This document shows positions 37,501-51,499 of a stretch of 64,000 bases of DNA, one piece after another. The position numbers were made by a program, and so were the translations under genes. Position 1 is the stretch's first letter. Each line of letters starts with the position of its first letter. Where the stretch lies: positions 43,214,001 through 43,278,000 of the forward strand of contig OX597835.1 of NCBI GenBank assembly GCA_951406725.2, given 5' to 3'. The notes under the pieces are model-generated. The model was not told the origin of the DNA. It worked only from the letters and a program-made list of their open reading frames with translations, and made no database searches. This DNA is from Octopus vulgaris. Taxonomy: Eukaryota.

Positions 37501-38054
37501 GATTGAGAGAGCAGTTCATGCCATCAAAGTGACACTGGGGTAAAATATACGAAGCCCAGTATACCCATCATGACTACCCGTCTGATAAGGGTACATCAGG
37601 CACATGCATCACAACCATATGTGTGCGACATGGTGATCTCATATCAAGATAAACAGCGCATGACCTTGCAAGCGGGGCCCAGTTAGAATTTTCTTCAGGT
37701 CGAGTAACCCATCCTGCTCAAAAGGTCCCTGAATAAGGGTTGTTTAAGGATGTTGAAAGAAACACCCATGTTTCCAGAGGTGAATTATTCAAACCCCAAA
37801 GAATCCCTCTCAACACATGGCTATGATGCTCCCCCACTATTTCTGCTCGTGATCAGAGATGCACATATCGTCAGCCACTAAGGGATATGCTCAACTGGTT
37901 AAGGTCAAACAACTGACAAGCAAATCTGTGATATTGAGCAGAATATTTGCTGTAGCCCATCTTTTATACCAAAACAAAACAATGTACATGATAACACTTC
38001 CGATCAGTTAAGATCAGCAGCCATGAGAGCTACTGCCTGGTACTGCATCAGGGC
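37040..38054 (-). mobile_element. Two head-to-tail copies of the (TAA)n-associated element (37040-37464 truncated; 37501-38054 full length)
   Basis: Direct repeats separated and flanked by (ATT)n. Confidence 0.9.
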
Positions 38055-38055
38055 A

Positions 38056-38105
<50 letters not shown>

Positions 38106-38241
38106 CATTATTATTATTATCATTATTATTATTATCATTATTATTATGGTGCTGTATCTTGTCTTTCGGTATTGTCCTCCATGTCTTGGGCCCTTGTGGC
38201 TAATAAAAGAAATCATTATTATTATTAAAGTTGTTATAGTT

Positions 38242-38300
<59 letters not shown>

Positions 38301-38427
38301 TATCAACAGCATCATCATCATCATCATCAAAGTACTTTTAAAAATCAATATTAAATGAATAAGAGTATTGAGATTTTACAATGAATTTATGAGAAAAATA
38401 TTCTAAAATACTTTTGCGCATGTCAAT

Positions 38428-38945
38428 GGGCGCAGACGTGGCTGTGTGGATCTAGGGTTCGGCCGTACTGCGCGGCACCTTATGCAAGTTTCTCCTGCTA
38501 TGGGACCAAAACCTAGTGAGTGGATTTAATGAACGGAAACTGAAAGAAGACAGTTATATAATCGTGTGTGTGCGCATGTGCGTGCGTGCGTGCTTGCCTT
38601 TGTCCCCCACCACCACCAACGCCTGGCAACCGGTATTGGTTTGCTTACGTCCCCGTAACCATGTTCGAATACTACTGTGCATGCGCACTAAGTTGTAACG
38701 TTCTAGCTTACTTCTCCTGTTTACAGCACAGTTTGGAAGGAAGGTGTGTAGCGTGTGATCGTCACATTGATCATGACAGAGAGAGTTGAACAGAGAGTCT
38801 TTCTTTCTTTTACTTGGAATAGAATAAGTACCGGGTTCTTAAAAAAACAAAAATAAGTGCCAGCGTCGATTTGTTCCGCTAAAAATCCCGCTGAAGCTGT
38901 TCCCCCAGAATGGCTGCAGTCCAGTAATTGAAACAAGTACAAGAT
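38428..38945 (+). mobile_element. Degenerate SINE A interrupted by a mariner-MITE fragment (~38673-38800)
   Basis: The insert is the reverse complement of ~41960-42085. Confidence 0.65.
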
Positions 38946-39951
38946 ATAAATGAAAAGACATGTAATGTTTTCTTTCGACAATTTGTTAGAAACGTTTTGT
39001 TAAAGAGTAGCATTTTAATAGCTATTGTATAATATAACCCCTAAGCCATGATCAACATTGCAACAAATGCCAACAGAAAGCAAAAGTCCCTAGAATTTTA
39101 TGTTGCTGGTTCTTCTAAATTTATGCATTTCTTTTATAAATAGAATCGGTAAATTACAGCATCAAGTCACTTAATTCTTTCATAATTACAAGGTCTCTGT
39201 GATTTCATTCGTTTTTTGGGTTTTTTTTTTTGTTTATTCCTCAAAGATTATACATTCAGAATAGAATGTGAATCAAAGTATTTAAGAATTCAGCAACGTA
39301 CATTTAATTTAATCTGTTTCTAAATTTTACTGATTTGCCCCTCCCCCCAAAAATATCATTGATATAAATTTTGAAATAAAACAGGAAAGTAGTGTGGGTT
39401 GTGTAGCTAAACAAAAGTAGCGCAATCTGTTGCTTTTATGACGATCTGATGTTCTTGACACTATCATCTGCTCCGATACACTGACGACATTAAAACCGCC
39501 GCCGACGCACGCCGTCGCCAACACAGTCGACACCAGCACACGCAGACGGACACAAACACATCGATACCAACACAGACTAACACCGACGCACCAAAACCAA
39601 TACACACACCTGCTTACTAAACACACTAATTTATACTAATGGCAATGCACCAACACCCACACATCAACACGCTCCAACACTAATACACAAACACACACAC
39701 ACACACACACAATCATATGCTAAGATTAACACACAATCCAATACAGACACACCCACACACACTAACACTAACACGCCAACACAGCATGCGCTCCAACACA
39801 TCAACATACTCACACACACAGATCATCATCATCATCATCATCATCATCAACGTCATTGACATACGCCAACACAGAAATATTATTATATAACCAACACTCA
39901 AACACACCCAAACGCACGCGCACACACACGAATACACATATACACACACAC

Positions 39952-39989
<38 letters not shown>

Positions 39990-40423
39990 GTACACACCAA
40001 TGCGCCAACACAGACACACGCCGTCACACACCATCTCACATGATAACGTTAACGCGAACACTCCAACACACACATGCACACACACACCACCATACACACA
40101 CAGACACATCAGCATCAACACACACACACACACACGCACACAAACATACACTAACACACTCGAACACATCAACGCCTACACACACATTCATACATCATTA
40201 TCATCATCACACACACCAACACAAAGAGACCATTACATTCCGACAGACACACTAACACACACACACACATACACACACCATCACACAACACCAGCACCAA
40301 CAAACACACACACACTAACGCACACATACATACACAAATAGATGCACACACATCATTACACACCAACGTGCCACCACAAACACGCCATCCACAAACACGC
40401 CATCACACACACACCACCACACA

Positions 40424-40471
<48 letters not shown>

Positions 40472-40825
40472 AACACACACACACATCTCTTTCCACTTCT
40501 CTTGTTCCTTCCCACACCGGAAGTCTACAACCTGTTTCTTTTATTTAATCTTTTTCTCAATAAACTCAGCCATTCTGATTTGGACGATTTCGTCATACAT
40601 TGTGTGTGTGTGTGTGTGTGTGTATATATAAGAGTATATATGTTTATATATATGTGTGTGTATGTGTATATTAATGTGTATGTATGTTTGTAGTTTGTGT
40701 ATATGTTTGTATATATGTATATATGAAAGTGTGTATGAATGTATGTATATATGTATGTGTATGTACGTTTGTGTATATATGTGTACGCATGTCTATATGT
40801 ATGTATATGAGTATGTATGTTCGTC

Positions 40826-40865
<40 letters not shown>

Positions 40866-41142
40866 TGTCTGTGTGTGCATGTATGTGTATATGAATGTGT
40901 ATATGTGTATGTATGTGTGTATGAGTTATATATGTGTACGTATCTGTATATATATGTGTGTATGTGTATGTGTGTATGTATGTTTGCATCGGCAATGACA
41001 CCTCGGTCTTTACTTTGTTATCTCCCCTACTTTCCTTCTCGTGTGTGACCCTTCTGTCCGAGTCAGTCGCCATGATAGATCGTTAGCCACTACATACATT
41101 TTTTTTCTCTCCTTGTTTCCCTCCTTGTTTTTACTGTGTCCC

Positions 41143-41176
41143 TTTCTGTAGAAGAGTGTAGGCTCGAAACGTAAAA
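41143..41176 (+). ncRNA. Minimal hammerhead motif with CUGUAGA core, in element 41066-41275
   Basis: TTT-CTGTAGA-A-GAGT-GTAG-GCTC-GAAA-CGTA-AAA. Confidence 0.65.
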
Positions 41177-41312
41177 TACTTTTTCTATTCCTGAGCGTTA
41201 TACTAATACATCTGTTTGTTTTGTATACCAACTGTCTTCGCCATTTGTTGTTTTTTTCGTAAACTCTCCCTATAAGTGTATGCATGTACATATGAATGTG
41301 TATATGTATGTA

Positions 41313-42179
41313 CGAGGTATGATCAATAAGCATCCGGACTGTTGCCATAGTAACGAAGCTAAAGCACGCAGAGTGAAGCCGCTTTGCAAAAATTAACCTT
41401 GAACTCTGCTGTGCATGGACACTAAGTTTTAACGTTCTAGCTCACTTCCGCTGTTTACAGCAGTGCTTAGAAGGAACGTGTGTAGCGTGTCATCGTCTTA
41501 TTGACTATGAATCTGCATCAAATTTTGCCAAAAAGCTTGACGATTCCTGCTCAGAGGCCGATGTAAAGTTGCGGAAAGTGTATGGAGAGGAGTGTTTTCA
41601 GCTGAAAAAATGTCGACAGTAACGAACGTTCTGGGAGACCCGCAACCAGAAGAACTGAGAAAAATATTGCAGATGTGCGTGCAGCTGTGAGGGGAAATCG
41701 TCGAATCACCATCCGTGAGTTATCAGAGGATGTGCAGATTAGTTACGGTTCATTTCAGTCCATTATAACCGAATATTTAGGTATGAGACGCGTGTCTGCC
41801 AAGTTTGTGCCAAAACTGTTTTTAACTGACCAAAAGGACACTTGGGTTTCAGTTGCACAAGATCTCCTTGACTATGTCGAGAACGATGAAAAACCTTTTG
41901 AAAAATTTACGGAGGCCTTTGAACAGGTATCGCCAAGCTTTTGGCAAACTTTGATACAGACTCTCTGTTCAACTCTCTCTGTCATGATCAATGTGACGAT
42001 CACACGCTACACACCTTCCTTCCAAGCTGTGCTGTAAACAGGCGAAGTAAGCTATAACGTTACAACTTAGTGCGCATGCACAGCAGAGGTCAAGGTCAAT
42101 CTGTGCCAAGCGGCTTCACTCTGCGTGCTTTATCTTCGTTACTATGGCAACAGTCCGGATACTTATTGATCAGACCACG
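41313..42179 (+). mobile_element. Internally deleted mariner with long (~200-bp) TIRs
   Basis: TA|CGAGGTATGATCAATAAG ... CTTATTGATCAGACCACG|TA; HTH remnant ERSGRP..NRRITIRELSEDVQISYGS..LGMRRVSAKFVPKL. Confidence 0.9.
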
Positions 42180-42602
42180 TATATTTGTGTATATATGTGT
42201 ATGCATACATGTGAGGGTGTATACGTGTATGTATGTTTGTGCATATAAGTGTGTATATGTGTATGTATGTACGTATGAATGTACATACGTGTGCGTGTAT
42301 GGGTATGTATGTGTGTATGCTTGCGTGTGTGTTTATAATGTATGGATATATGTGTATATAGGTGTAAGAACGCATATATGCATGCGTATGCGTGTGTATA
42401 TATTTAAATGTGCTTGTGTATAGTTATATACATATGGGTAGATATATGTATATGTACATCTGTGTATATACTAGTGTATGGATATATGTATGTGTGTGTC
42501 TGTGCATCAATATGTGTGTATGCATAAATCCATGTATGTATATGTATGTATATGGATGCGAATGTATGTATATTGATGTATACAAGTGTGTGGGGGTGGG
42601 GG

Positions 42603-42634
<32 letters not shown>

Positions 42635-42647
42635 CATATATATATAC

Positions 42648-42679
<32 letters not shown>

Positions 42680-42751
42680 GTATGTATGTTTACATATATA
42701 TGTATGTATATATACACATTTGTGTGTTTGTGTATGTGTCTCTGTGTGTGC

Positions 42752-42792
<41 letters not shown>

Positions 42793-43049
42793 TGTTTATG
42801 TATTTGTTTTGCAAAATTCCTGATGTGAAATCGTGTGTTGAAAGATATTCTTATATCTGGGAACGGTCATATTCTTTTGCCAATTAACCACACGCACTGA
42901 ATACTTTCTCTTCACTTTTGCTTTATTAATAATCTTTCGTCACATATCCTATGACCTCTCCGGAGGAGATCATGGAATGGAGTGTCGCTGAAAAGGTCAC
43001 AGGATATGTGACGAAAGATTTCAAACAAAGAACACTAAAATAAGAATAA

Positions 43050-43256
43050 TAACCCTTTCTACTATAGGGAGAAGGCTTGAAATTGGTGGGGAGAGGGTAA
43101 ATCGATCACATCGACCCCAGTACTTGAATGGTACTTAATTTATCAACCTCAAAATGATGAAAGGCAAAGTCAACTTCGGCGGAATTTGAACTCAGAACGT
43201 AGTAACTGGCAAAATGTTTTTGCCCAGCGTGCTAACGATTCTGCCAGCTCGCTGCC

Positions 43257-43335
<79 letters not shown>

Positions 43336-43548
43336 GTAATAGTAATCTTTTCTACTCTAGACACAAGGCCAGGGAGGGGGTCAGTCGATTACATCGACCC
43401 CAGCACGAAACTGGTACTTAATTTATCGACCCCGAAAGGATGAAAGACAAAGTCAACCTCGGCGGAATTTGAACTCAGAACGTAATGCCAGACTAAATAC
43501 GGCTACGCATTTCGCCCGACGTGCTAACGATTCTGCCAGCTCGTCGCC
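43050..43548 (-). mobile_element. Two SINE B copies separated by (AAT)n
   Basis: Reverse complements of the SINE B head and core. Confidence 0.8.
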
Positions 43549-43597
<49 letters not shown>

Positions 43598-43640
43598 TAA
43601 TAATAATAATAATAATAATAATGATAATAATAATAATAAT

Positions 43641-44274
43641 GGCTGCCCAGTCCTGGCTAAGAAGGAATATATTCACAGACGTGACAGAGTTGGAACCTAC
43701 ATACACTGGAAGCTATGCCAACATTATGGAATAACAACAGAAAAAAGATGGTATAGGCACACACCAGAAAAGGTCACAGAAAACGAGAAAGCAACCATAC
43801 TCTGGGATATGCCGATACACACAGATAGAGAAATTAAGGCCAACAGACCAGATATAGTTGTCAGGGATCAGGAAGAAAAAAAATGCTTTCTAATTGATGT
43901 ATCAATACCGGCAGATGTATCAATACCGGCAGATGACAACGTGTCTCTAAAAGAAATGGAGAAACTTGCAAAATACAAAGACCTGGAAATAGAGGTAACC
44001 AGAATGTGGAATCTAAAAACAGAAACAATTCCTATCATAGTAGGTGCATTAGGCATGAAAAAAAAATATTCAGACAAATACATAACAAAAACACCAGGAC
44101 TTACAAACACATATAACATACAGAAAATTGCACTACTAGGCACTGCACACATCCTACGCAGCACACTTTCCATACAATAACCATCAGAGCATCACAACAA
44201 ATCACAGCACATACCCAAGGCACACAGAGCTGCGCTCGGTAGTGAAGTGAAAGCACGCTATAAAAATAAAACTA

Positions 44275-44277
<3 letters not shown>
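43641..44277 (+). mobile_element. 5'-truncated R4/Dong-clade LINE (restriction-like endonuclease domain plus 3' UTR) inserted in (TAA)n
   Basis: CPVLAKKEYIHRRDRV, ILWD, RPDIVV, LIDVSIP, EKLAKY, PIIVGALG; open to the stop at 44180; 18-bp internal duplication; (AAT)n on both sides, the known Dong target. Confidence 0.9.
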
Positions 44278-44358
<81 letters not shown>

Positions 44359-44408
44359 GGTGAGACTTGGAGCCAACTTGTACAAATATAAAGCAAAAGT
44401 CAAACATA

Positions 44409-44514
<106 letters not shown>

Positions 44515-44649
44515 AAGCAGAAGAAGAAGAAGAAGAAGAAGAAGCTGAAATGAAGACCTATTATATAGATAGTATGGTTAATTAGCAAAAATGTGACCAT
44601 CCCCAAGTATACCAATATATAATGTGTGTATGTATGCATGCATGTATGA

Positions 44650-44707
<58 letters not shown>

Positions 44708-44769
44708 GTGTGTGTGTGTGTGTTTTCCTGATTTTAATCATTTGAAGTCTTCCTGTAAGAAAGGAGTTG

Positions 44770-45343
44770 GTTTCTAACAAAGATGCAAATCCCCATCTTT
44801 GGGGTGTGGAATCACAAAAAACAATTTCACATCTTGAACTTGAGAAAAACCTCGCATATCTTTACTGTTCCGCTTGCAGAATATATTTGTAACGTGCGAG
44901 TTAACTGGTTGATTTCTTTTTCTGAAAACCCTATTGTCACTTAGGCACTTACAAACAAAACCAACTGCACCAATTATTATTGGTATAAATGTGAATTTAT
45001 AATCCGGATATAGAAGCTGGAGGTTTCGTAGCAGTTGTCTATAATTACCTTCTTTCTCTTTGATGTTCAAAGAGATATTCACATCAGCAAGACAGCTAAC
45101 CTCTATGACGGAACATGCTTTTTTTGTGCCTGTCTCAAACAACAATATCCGGCCTGTTATGTTTACACTTCACAGATGCTTTGATGGGTTGTTCTAGCAG
45201 TCATTCCTTGAGTTGAGATTTGTGAACATATTCAATAATAAGAGAATTCTCCATATTTATTCCAGGACAGCCTTTTTTCAAATGACATTTTATATTATTT
45301 TGGTGACATCGTATCGCCTAAAGAGGCAGTGCCTTGATGGCCT
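44770..45343 (-). mobile_element. Second REL-endonuclease LINE family, 3' fragment
   Basis: Reverse strand ..KHNRPDI.., VIEVSC.AD, KEK..Y, FIPIIIGAVG; frameshifted. Confidence 0.7.
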
Positions 45344-45398
45344 GTGTATGTATGTATGTATGTATGTATGTATGTATGTATGTATGTATGTATGTATG

Positions 45399-45432
<34 letters not shown>

Positions 45433-45437
45433 TGTAT

Positions 45438-45941
45438 GTTGCATGGTCGGGTCTTCGGCGACTAAACCGGCAACCCCACCAAGCTTGCTTGGTAAGGAGG
45501 GTGTTTATTGGACACCCTGAGGGATGAAAAACAAAACCCGTCAAAGGGCGGAGGAACTCTTGAGAGTCAACGGCCATCCAATAAATGTCTTAAGGCTGTA
45601 TCATGCGTGGGGACATAGAAATAATCGGACTGAATACCCGATCGCGCGGTTAAACCATTGGGAGTGAAGGACTCCTAGCCTTTGTTAGGGCATCCTTCTA
45701 GGAGAAGGTAACTCAGGTAACTGGGATAACTCCGACATAAAACCTGTGGCTCAGTGGTTACCGATGATGTTGACTTGTTCTTCTTTTCGGATTATGGCTG
45801 CTGTTGCTTAGTGAGTGGGATTGACTCAGTGCACAGCCTTTCCACACTCTACAAAAAATCTTCTTGCACAGGCATTGCACGATAACAACATTGATTAAGC
45901 TTCGTGCAATGGCCATACTCGATAACGAGGGGGAAGCCACA
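45438..45941 (+). mobile_element. Non-coding ~500-bp element in (TATG)n, RTE-5'UTR-like
   Basis: Flanked by (TATG)n; contains GGGCATCCTTCTAGGAGAAGGTAACTC, resembling RTE leader motifs; several hairpins. Confidence 0.55.
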
Positions 45942-45988
45942 ATGTATGTATGTATGTATGTATCTATGTATGTATGTATGTATGTATG

Positions 45989-46019
<31 letters not shown>

Positions 46020-46148
46020 TAAGGAAAAAACAGACTACATGCTACCACGTCGCACACATTTTTAAGCATCTGCTGTAGTCTTCCATGTGTATAGTTATAT
46101 ATTTGTTTACATGTGTGTGTATATAAATATATAGATATATAGATATTT

Positions 46149-46412
<264 letters not shown>

Positions 46413-46471
46413 GTGTGTATGGTATATGTGTATGTATGTATGTTTGCATAAATGTATATAAGTGCTTCGAA

Positions 46472-46503
<32 letters not shown>

Positions 46504-47051
46504 ATATGTTCGCGTGTGTAGATCTACCGTAAGTCATATTTACCAAAAGCCGTATCCACGCGCGTGTACACACTTTTACACTTGTGTAAAGCATGTGTAC
46601 GTAAACATGTATATACACGTGTGTGGTATGTGTGTGTATGTGTGTATGCTTTTGTTGTGTACTTTTGTGTATAGAACGAGAGGAAGCCGAAACGGGTGTG
46701 TGGGGTAGAGGGGTTAGTATTTAGGTTAGTAGGTATGTGGGTAGGTATGCAGGTGCGTGTGTTGGTAGGTGTACAGGTAGGTATGTGGGTAAGTAGTTGA
46801 AAGAAGCTGGATGGCAGAGAGAAGAAGAAGGTATGAAGATTGCGAGGGAAATAGGGAAACAGAGAGGCAGAAAAGGGACAGGTAGGTGGGTAGGTTAGTG
46901 CGTGGGTGGGGCAGTAGGTTGTGGGTAATGATTGTGACAACAAAGATGACGTTTGTGACAAGTGTGTCGACGGCAATTCTGCCGACGATCGCGACGACAA
47001 CTGTGAGATTTAAAGGTAAGAATTTTGACAACAGATGTGGCCATTGTGATT

Positions 47052-47096
47052 GCAGCAGCAGCAGCAGCAGCAGCAGAAGAAGAAGAAGAAGAAGAA

Positions 47097-47127
<31 letters not shown>

Positions 47128-47279
47128 AAGAAGAAGAAGAAGAAGAAGAAGAAGGGGAAGTGGAGGAAGAAGAAGAAGAAGAAGGAGAGGAAGAAGAAGA
47201 AGAAGAAGAAGAAGAAGAAGAAGAAGGGGAAGAAGAGGAAGAAGAAGAAGAAGATTTAGAAGAAGAAGAAGAAGAAGAA

Positions 47280-47326
<47 letters not shown>

Positions 47327-47390
47327 AGAAGAAGATTTAGAAGAAGAAGAAGAAGAAGAAGAAGAAGAGGAAGAGGAAGAGGAAGAAGAA

Positions 47391-47425
<35 letters not shown>

Positions 47426-47441
47426 AGAAGAAGATTTAGAA

Positions 47442-47473
<32 letters not shown>

Positions 47474-47480
47474 AGAAGGG

Positions 47481-47512
<32 letters not shown>

Positions 47513-47534
47513 AGAAGAGGAAGAGGAAGAGGAA

Positions 47535-47581
<47 letters not shown>

Positions 47582-47591
47582 AGATTTAGAA

Positions 47592-47623
<32 letters not shown>

Positions 47624-47672
47624 AGAAGGGGAAGAAGAGGAAGAAGAAGAAGAAGATTTAGAAGAAGAAGAA

Positions 47673-47719
<47 letters not shown>

Positions 47720-47819
47720 AGAAGAAGAAGAAGAAGAAGAAGAAGAAGAAGAAGAAGAAGAAGAAGAAGAAGAAGATTTAGAAGAAGAAGAAGAAGAAGA
47801 AGAAGAAGAAGAAGAAGAA
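47052..47819. repeat. (CAG)n then (GAA)n with periodic GATTTA interruptions
   Basis: Direct reading. Confidence 0.95.
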
Positions 47820-48087
47820 TTATAACAAGTGAGGTGACAATTCGACAACTGAGGTAATCATTATTATGTTTGGGGTGACAATTATGACAAGCGACATATG
47901 ACAACTGAGTTGACAATTGTGACAACTTGGGCAACAACTGTGGCAAGTATGTAAACAATTGACAACTGAGATGACAAGTTGTGATAAGTGAAGTGACAAT
48001 AATGGAAACTGAATGAATTGTGACAAGCGAGGTAATAATAGTAGTAGTAATATAGTTGTGACAATTTGAAAAATATGTTTCTAAATA

Positions 48088-48241
48088 GGCGCAGGAGTGG
48101 CTGTGTGGTGAGTAGCTCGCTTACCAACCACATGGTTCCGGGTTCAGTCCCACTGCGTGGCACCTTTGGCAAGTGTCTTCTACTATAGCCTTGTGAGTGG
48201 ATTTGGTAGACGGAAACTGAAATAAGCCCGTCGTATATATG

Positions 48242-48313
<72 letters not shown>

Positions 48314-48315
48314 CG

Positions 48316-48351
<36 letters not shown>

Positions 48352-48550
48352 TGTCCCCCCAACATCGCTTGACAACTGATGGTGGTGTGTTTATGTCCCC
48401 GTAACTTAGCGGTTTGGCAAAATAGACCGATAGAATAAGTTCTAGGCTTACAAAGAATAAGTCCTGGGGTCGATTTGCTTGACTAAAGGCGGTGCTCCAG
48501 CATGGCCGCAGTCAAATGACTGAAACATGTAAAAGAGTAAGAGTAAAGAG
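48088..48550 (+). mobile_element. SINE family A, full length
   Basis: Complete head, microsatellite and tail. Confidence 0.85.
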
Positions 48551-48599
48551 GGAGTAAATATGGATTGTTGGGATAACAATAATTAGAAGTCAGCTGACA

Positions 48600-49480
48600 A
48601 GATGTGGGGTAACTGGTGATGGGATAACTATGAAATAGGTGACGTTTATGATAGTTTTCAGTCTACAGATTAGATAGATTTGAAGTCATTAGTAGTAGGA
48701 TAACAAGAAGTGGGGTAACTAGAAGTGGGCTAACTAAGTGAGATAAGTGATTGTAGAGTAACTAGGTGAAGTTAAACAGAGATGGGGTAACTAGATGTAG
48801 GGTAATTAGAACTGGGATAACTTCGGGTGGAGTAACTAGGTGAGGAACAGAAGTAGGATAAACAAAAATAGGATAACTATGTGAAATAAACGGAGATAGA
48901 CTAACTAGAGTTAAGGTAGCTAAGGGTGGGGTTAGTGATATAAATAAAGGTGGGATAACTGGAGATGGGATAAATACAGGAGGAATAACGAGGCGAAGTA
49001 AACAGAGGAGGGATAACTAACAATAAGGTAATTTAATGAGATAACCTCCAGTGGGGTAACAAGAGGTGAGCTAACAAGGTGAGATAAGCAGAGGTGGGAT
49101 AAATGGAATTAAGGTACGTAGTGGTGAAGTAACTAGACGATATAAGTAGAGATGGGATAACTGTAGATGGGATAACTACAGTGGGATAATGAGGTGGAGT
49201 AAACAGAGGTGGAATAACTAGAGGTAGGGTAAAAAAGTAGATAGGCTAACAAGGTGAACTAAAGAGATGTGGGATAACGAGAGGGGTAACTATGTGATAT
49301 AAACTGTGATCGGATAACTAGAGGTAAGTTAATAAGGTGAAATAAACACGAGTGGGATAATTAGAAAGAAGGTACCTTGGGGAGAAAAATAAAGGTGGGA
49401 TAACTAGATGCAGGGTAACTAGATGAAACAAAGAGAGATGGGATAACCGAAGTAGTAGGGTAAGTTTAGGTAGGACAATG
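48600..49480. repeat. Degenerate ~15-bp minisatellite
   Basis: Recurrent AGGTGGGATAACTAG. Confidence 0.75.
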
Positions 49481-49521
49481 AAGCAGTGAGTACAGGTTAA
49501 TATCGGTTAGTCTCTAATTCT

Positions 49522-49820
49522 GGAGGCACATGGCCTAGTGGTTAGAGCAGCGGACTCGCGGTCGAGGGATGGCGGGTTCGAATCTCAGACCGGGCGATGT
49601 GTGTGTTTATGAGCGAAAACACCTAAACTCCACGAACTTCGTGAAGGTAATGGCGAACTTCTGTTGACTCTTTCGTCACAACTTTCTCTCACTCTTTCCT
49701 CCTGCATCTTGCAGCTCACCTGCGATGGACCAGCATTCCCTCCAGGTGGGGAACCTATAAGCCAAGGAAACCGGGAAACCGGCCCTTATGAACCAGGCAT
49801 GGCTCGAGAAGGAACAAACA
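49522..49820 (+). mobile_element. SINE family C
   Basis: GGAGGCACATGGCCTAGTGGTTAGAGC...GGTTCGAATCTC tRNA-like head; flanked by the direct repeat AGTCTCTAATT (49510 / 49831), a probable TSD. Confidence 0.8.
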
Positions 49821-50969
49821 GCAAACAACAAGTCTCTAATTAGAAGTGATTGCAACGAGGATAATTATGGGTGTGGTAGGGGTGAGTGAAATCGTTAATA
49901 GGGGTGTTTGGTGGAGGAGATTATATTTGGAGAGCGGGATTTCAGATATGATCAATGAGGGAGAGAGGGAGAGGAAGGCAGAGACAAAAAGAGAGTAACC
50001 CAGAGGGGGAAAGACGGAGACAGAGAAAGAGAGACAGAGAGAGAGAGAGAGAGACAAGGATAGAGAGAGAGGCAGACATGGGACATTGCCGCTGTACCGA
50101 GTGCAGACTATGAAAAGTCCGATGGTATTTGAACGATCTGGGTTGGGAGAAATGGAAGGAAAGTGTAGAGTCAGGTTGGAAGAAGGGTGGGAAGGAAGAT
50201 CTGGGACGGTTTAACGGATTCCATGGATTTGTGTTTTGTATTCAATGAATGGTTTAGGAAGGAAGGAAGGAAGGAAGGAGGGAAGGAAACATAGGGGTTT
50301 GGTTTGGCTTTTGGGTTTTTTTTAGGGTGTTTGACACTGGATGGGGGAAAGAAGGAGGGAGAGAAGAAAGTGTAAGAAGAAATAGGAGGAGGAGGGAGAG
50401 GAAGAAGAAGAAGAAGGAGGGGGAGGGGGAGGAGGAAGAAGAAGAAGAAGGAGGAGGAGGAGAAGAAGAGGAAGGAGAAGAAGAAGAAGAAGAAGAAGAA
50501 GAAGGAGGAGAAGAAGAGTCGGGTGCAAGAAGAGAACGAGGGGGGGTGGAATCCACGACCAGGCATCGAATGGCTGGACAAGAGTGGGCTCTACCTGCTA
50601 AAGAGAGCCAGTGGTCAGGTGGACTCTTGTGTGAAGGTTGACCATTGATCAGCTGGTTATGGTGGTGGAGGGGTTGGACAAGGGGACAGATTAGCCCCAC
50701 AACAGTTGTAAAGGAGAACAGGGTCATAAAGGGTGGATTGAAGGCAGGGGTACTCATAAATGCGGGGTTTGTCGTGAAAGTAGAAGTGAGTTGGCACCAA
50801 ATTTAATGGAAGTGGAGGAAAAGCATAGCAATTAAAACGGTGTGGTTAGGAGAGTAAGGCTGGAGAGGAAGGGTCTTGGTGTTGATTGGGGTGGTGAGGG
50901 TGGTGGCGAACGAAGGGCGTGTTTATTGTCGTTATTATTGTTGTTACCGTTGTTTGTTGTTGTTGTTGC

Positions 50970-51015
<46 letters not shown>

Positions 51016-51499
51016 GGTGGTGGTGGTGATGTTTTTGCTGGTGTTATTGTTTTTATTGTTGTTGTTGTTGTCGTTGTTGATGATGAAGACGATGACGATC
51101 ATGGTGGTGGTGACGGCGTCGGCAGTGTTGGTGGTAGTGGTGGTGGTGGTGGTAGTAGTGGTGGTGGCGGTGGAGGCGGCGGTGGTGGTCGTGGTGGTGG
51201 TCGTGGTGGATGGTGAATGGTGATGATGGTGGATGTTGTGGTGGTGGTGGTGGTGGTGGTGGCGGTCGTGTTTCTCTTAATGCTACTGGTGTGCTTGTTT
51301 GAGGGGAGGGGTACTCTATCTGTTTTTATTTCTGTTTTGCTTTTTTTTCTGTGTCTATGTCGCTGTCTGTCTGTCCGTCCGTCTATATAGATGGACAGAT
51401 GTCCAGTAAGAGAAATATCTGAGTGTCCAGCTGGAGCAATAAAAAGCGTCTGTGCGTGCATGTATGCATGTATGTATGTGTGCGTGTGTGTATATATAT

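Noticed and set aside
46920-47025. Exon-like stretch ending in AAG|GTAAGA
   Set aside because: Built from degenerate GTGACAA repeats that continue at 47830-48065; no recognisable protein.
49522-49592. tRNA-like sequence
   Set aside because: Head of a SINE; it continues into the SINE body and lacks a proper acceptor stem.
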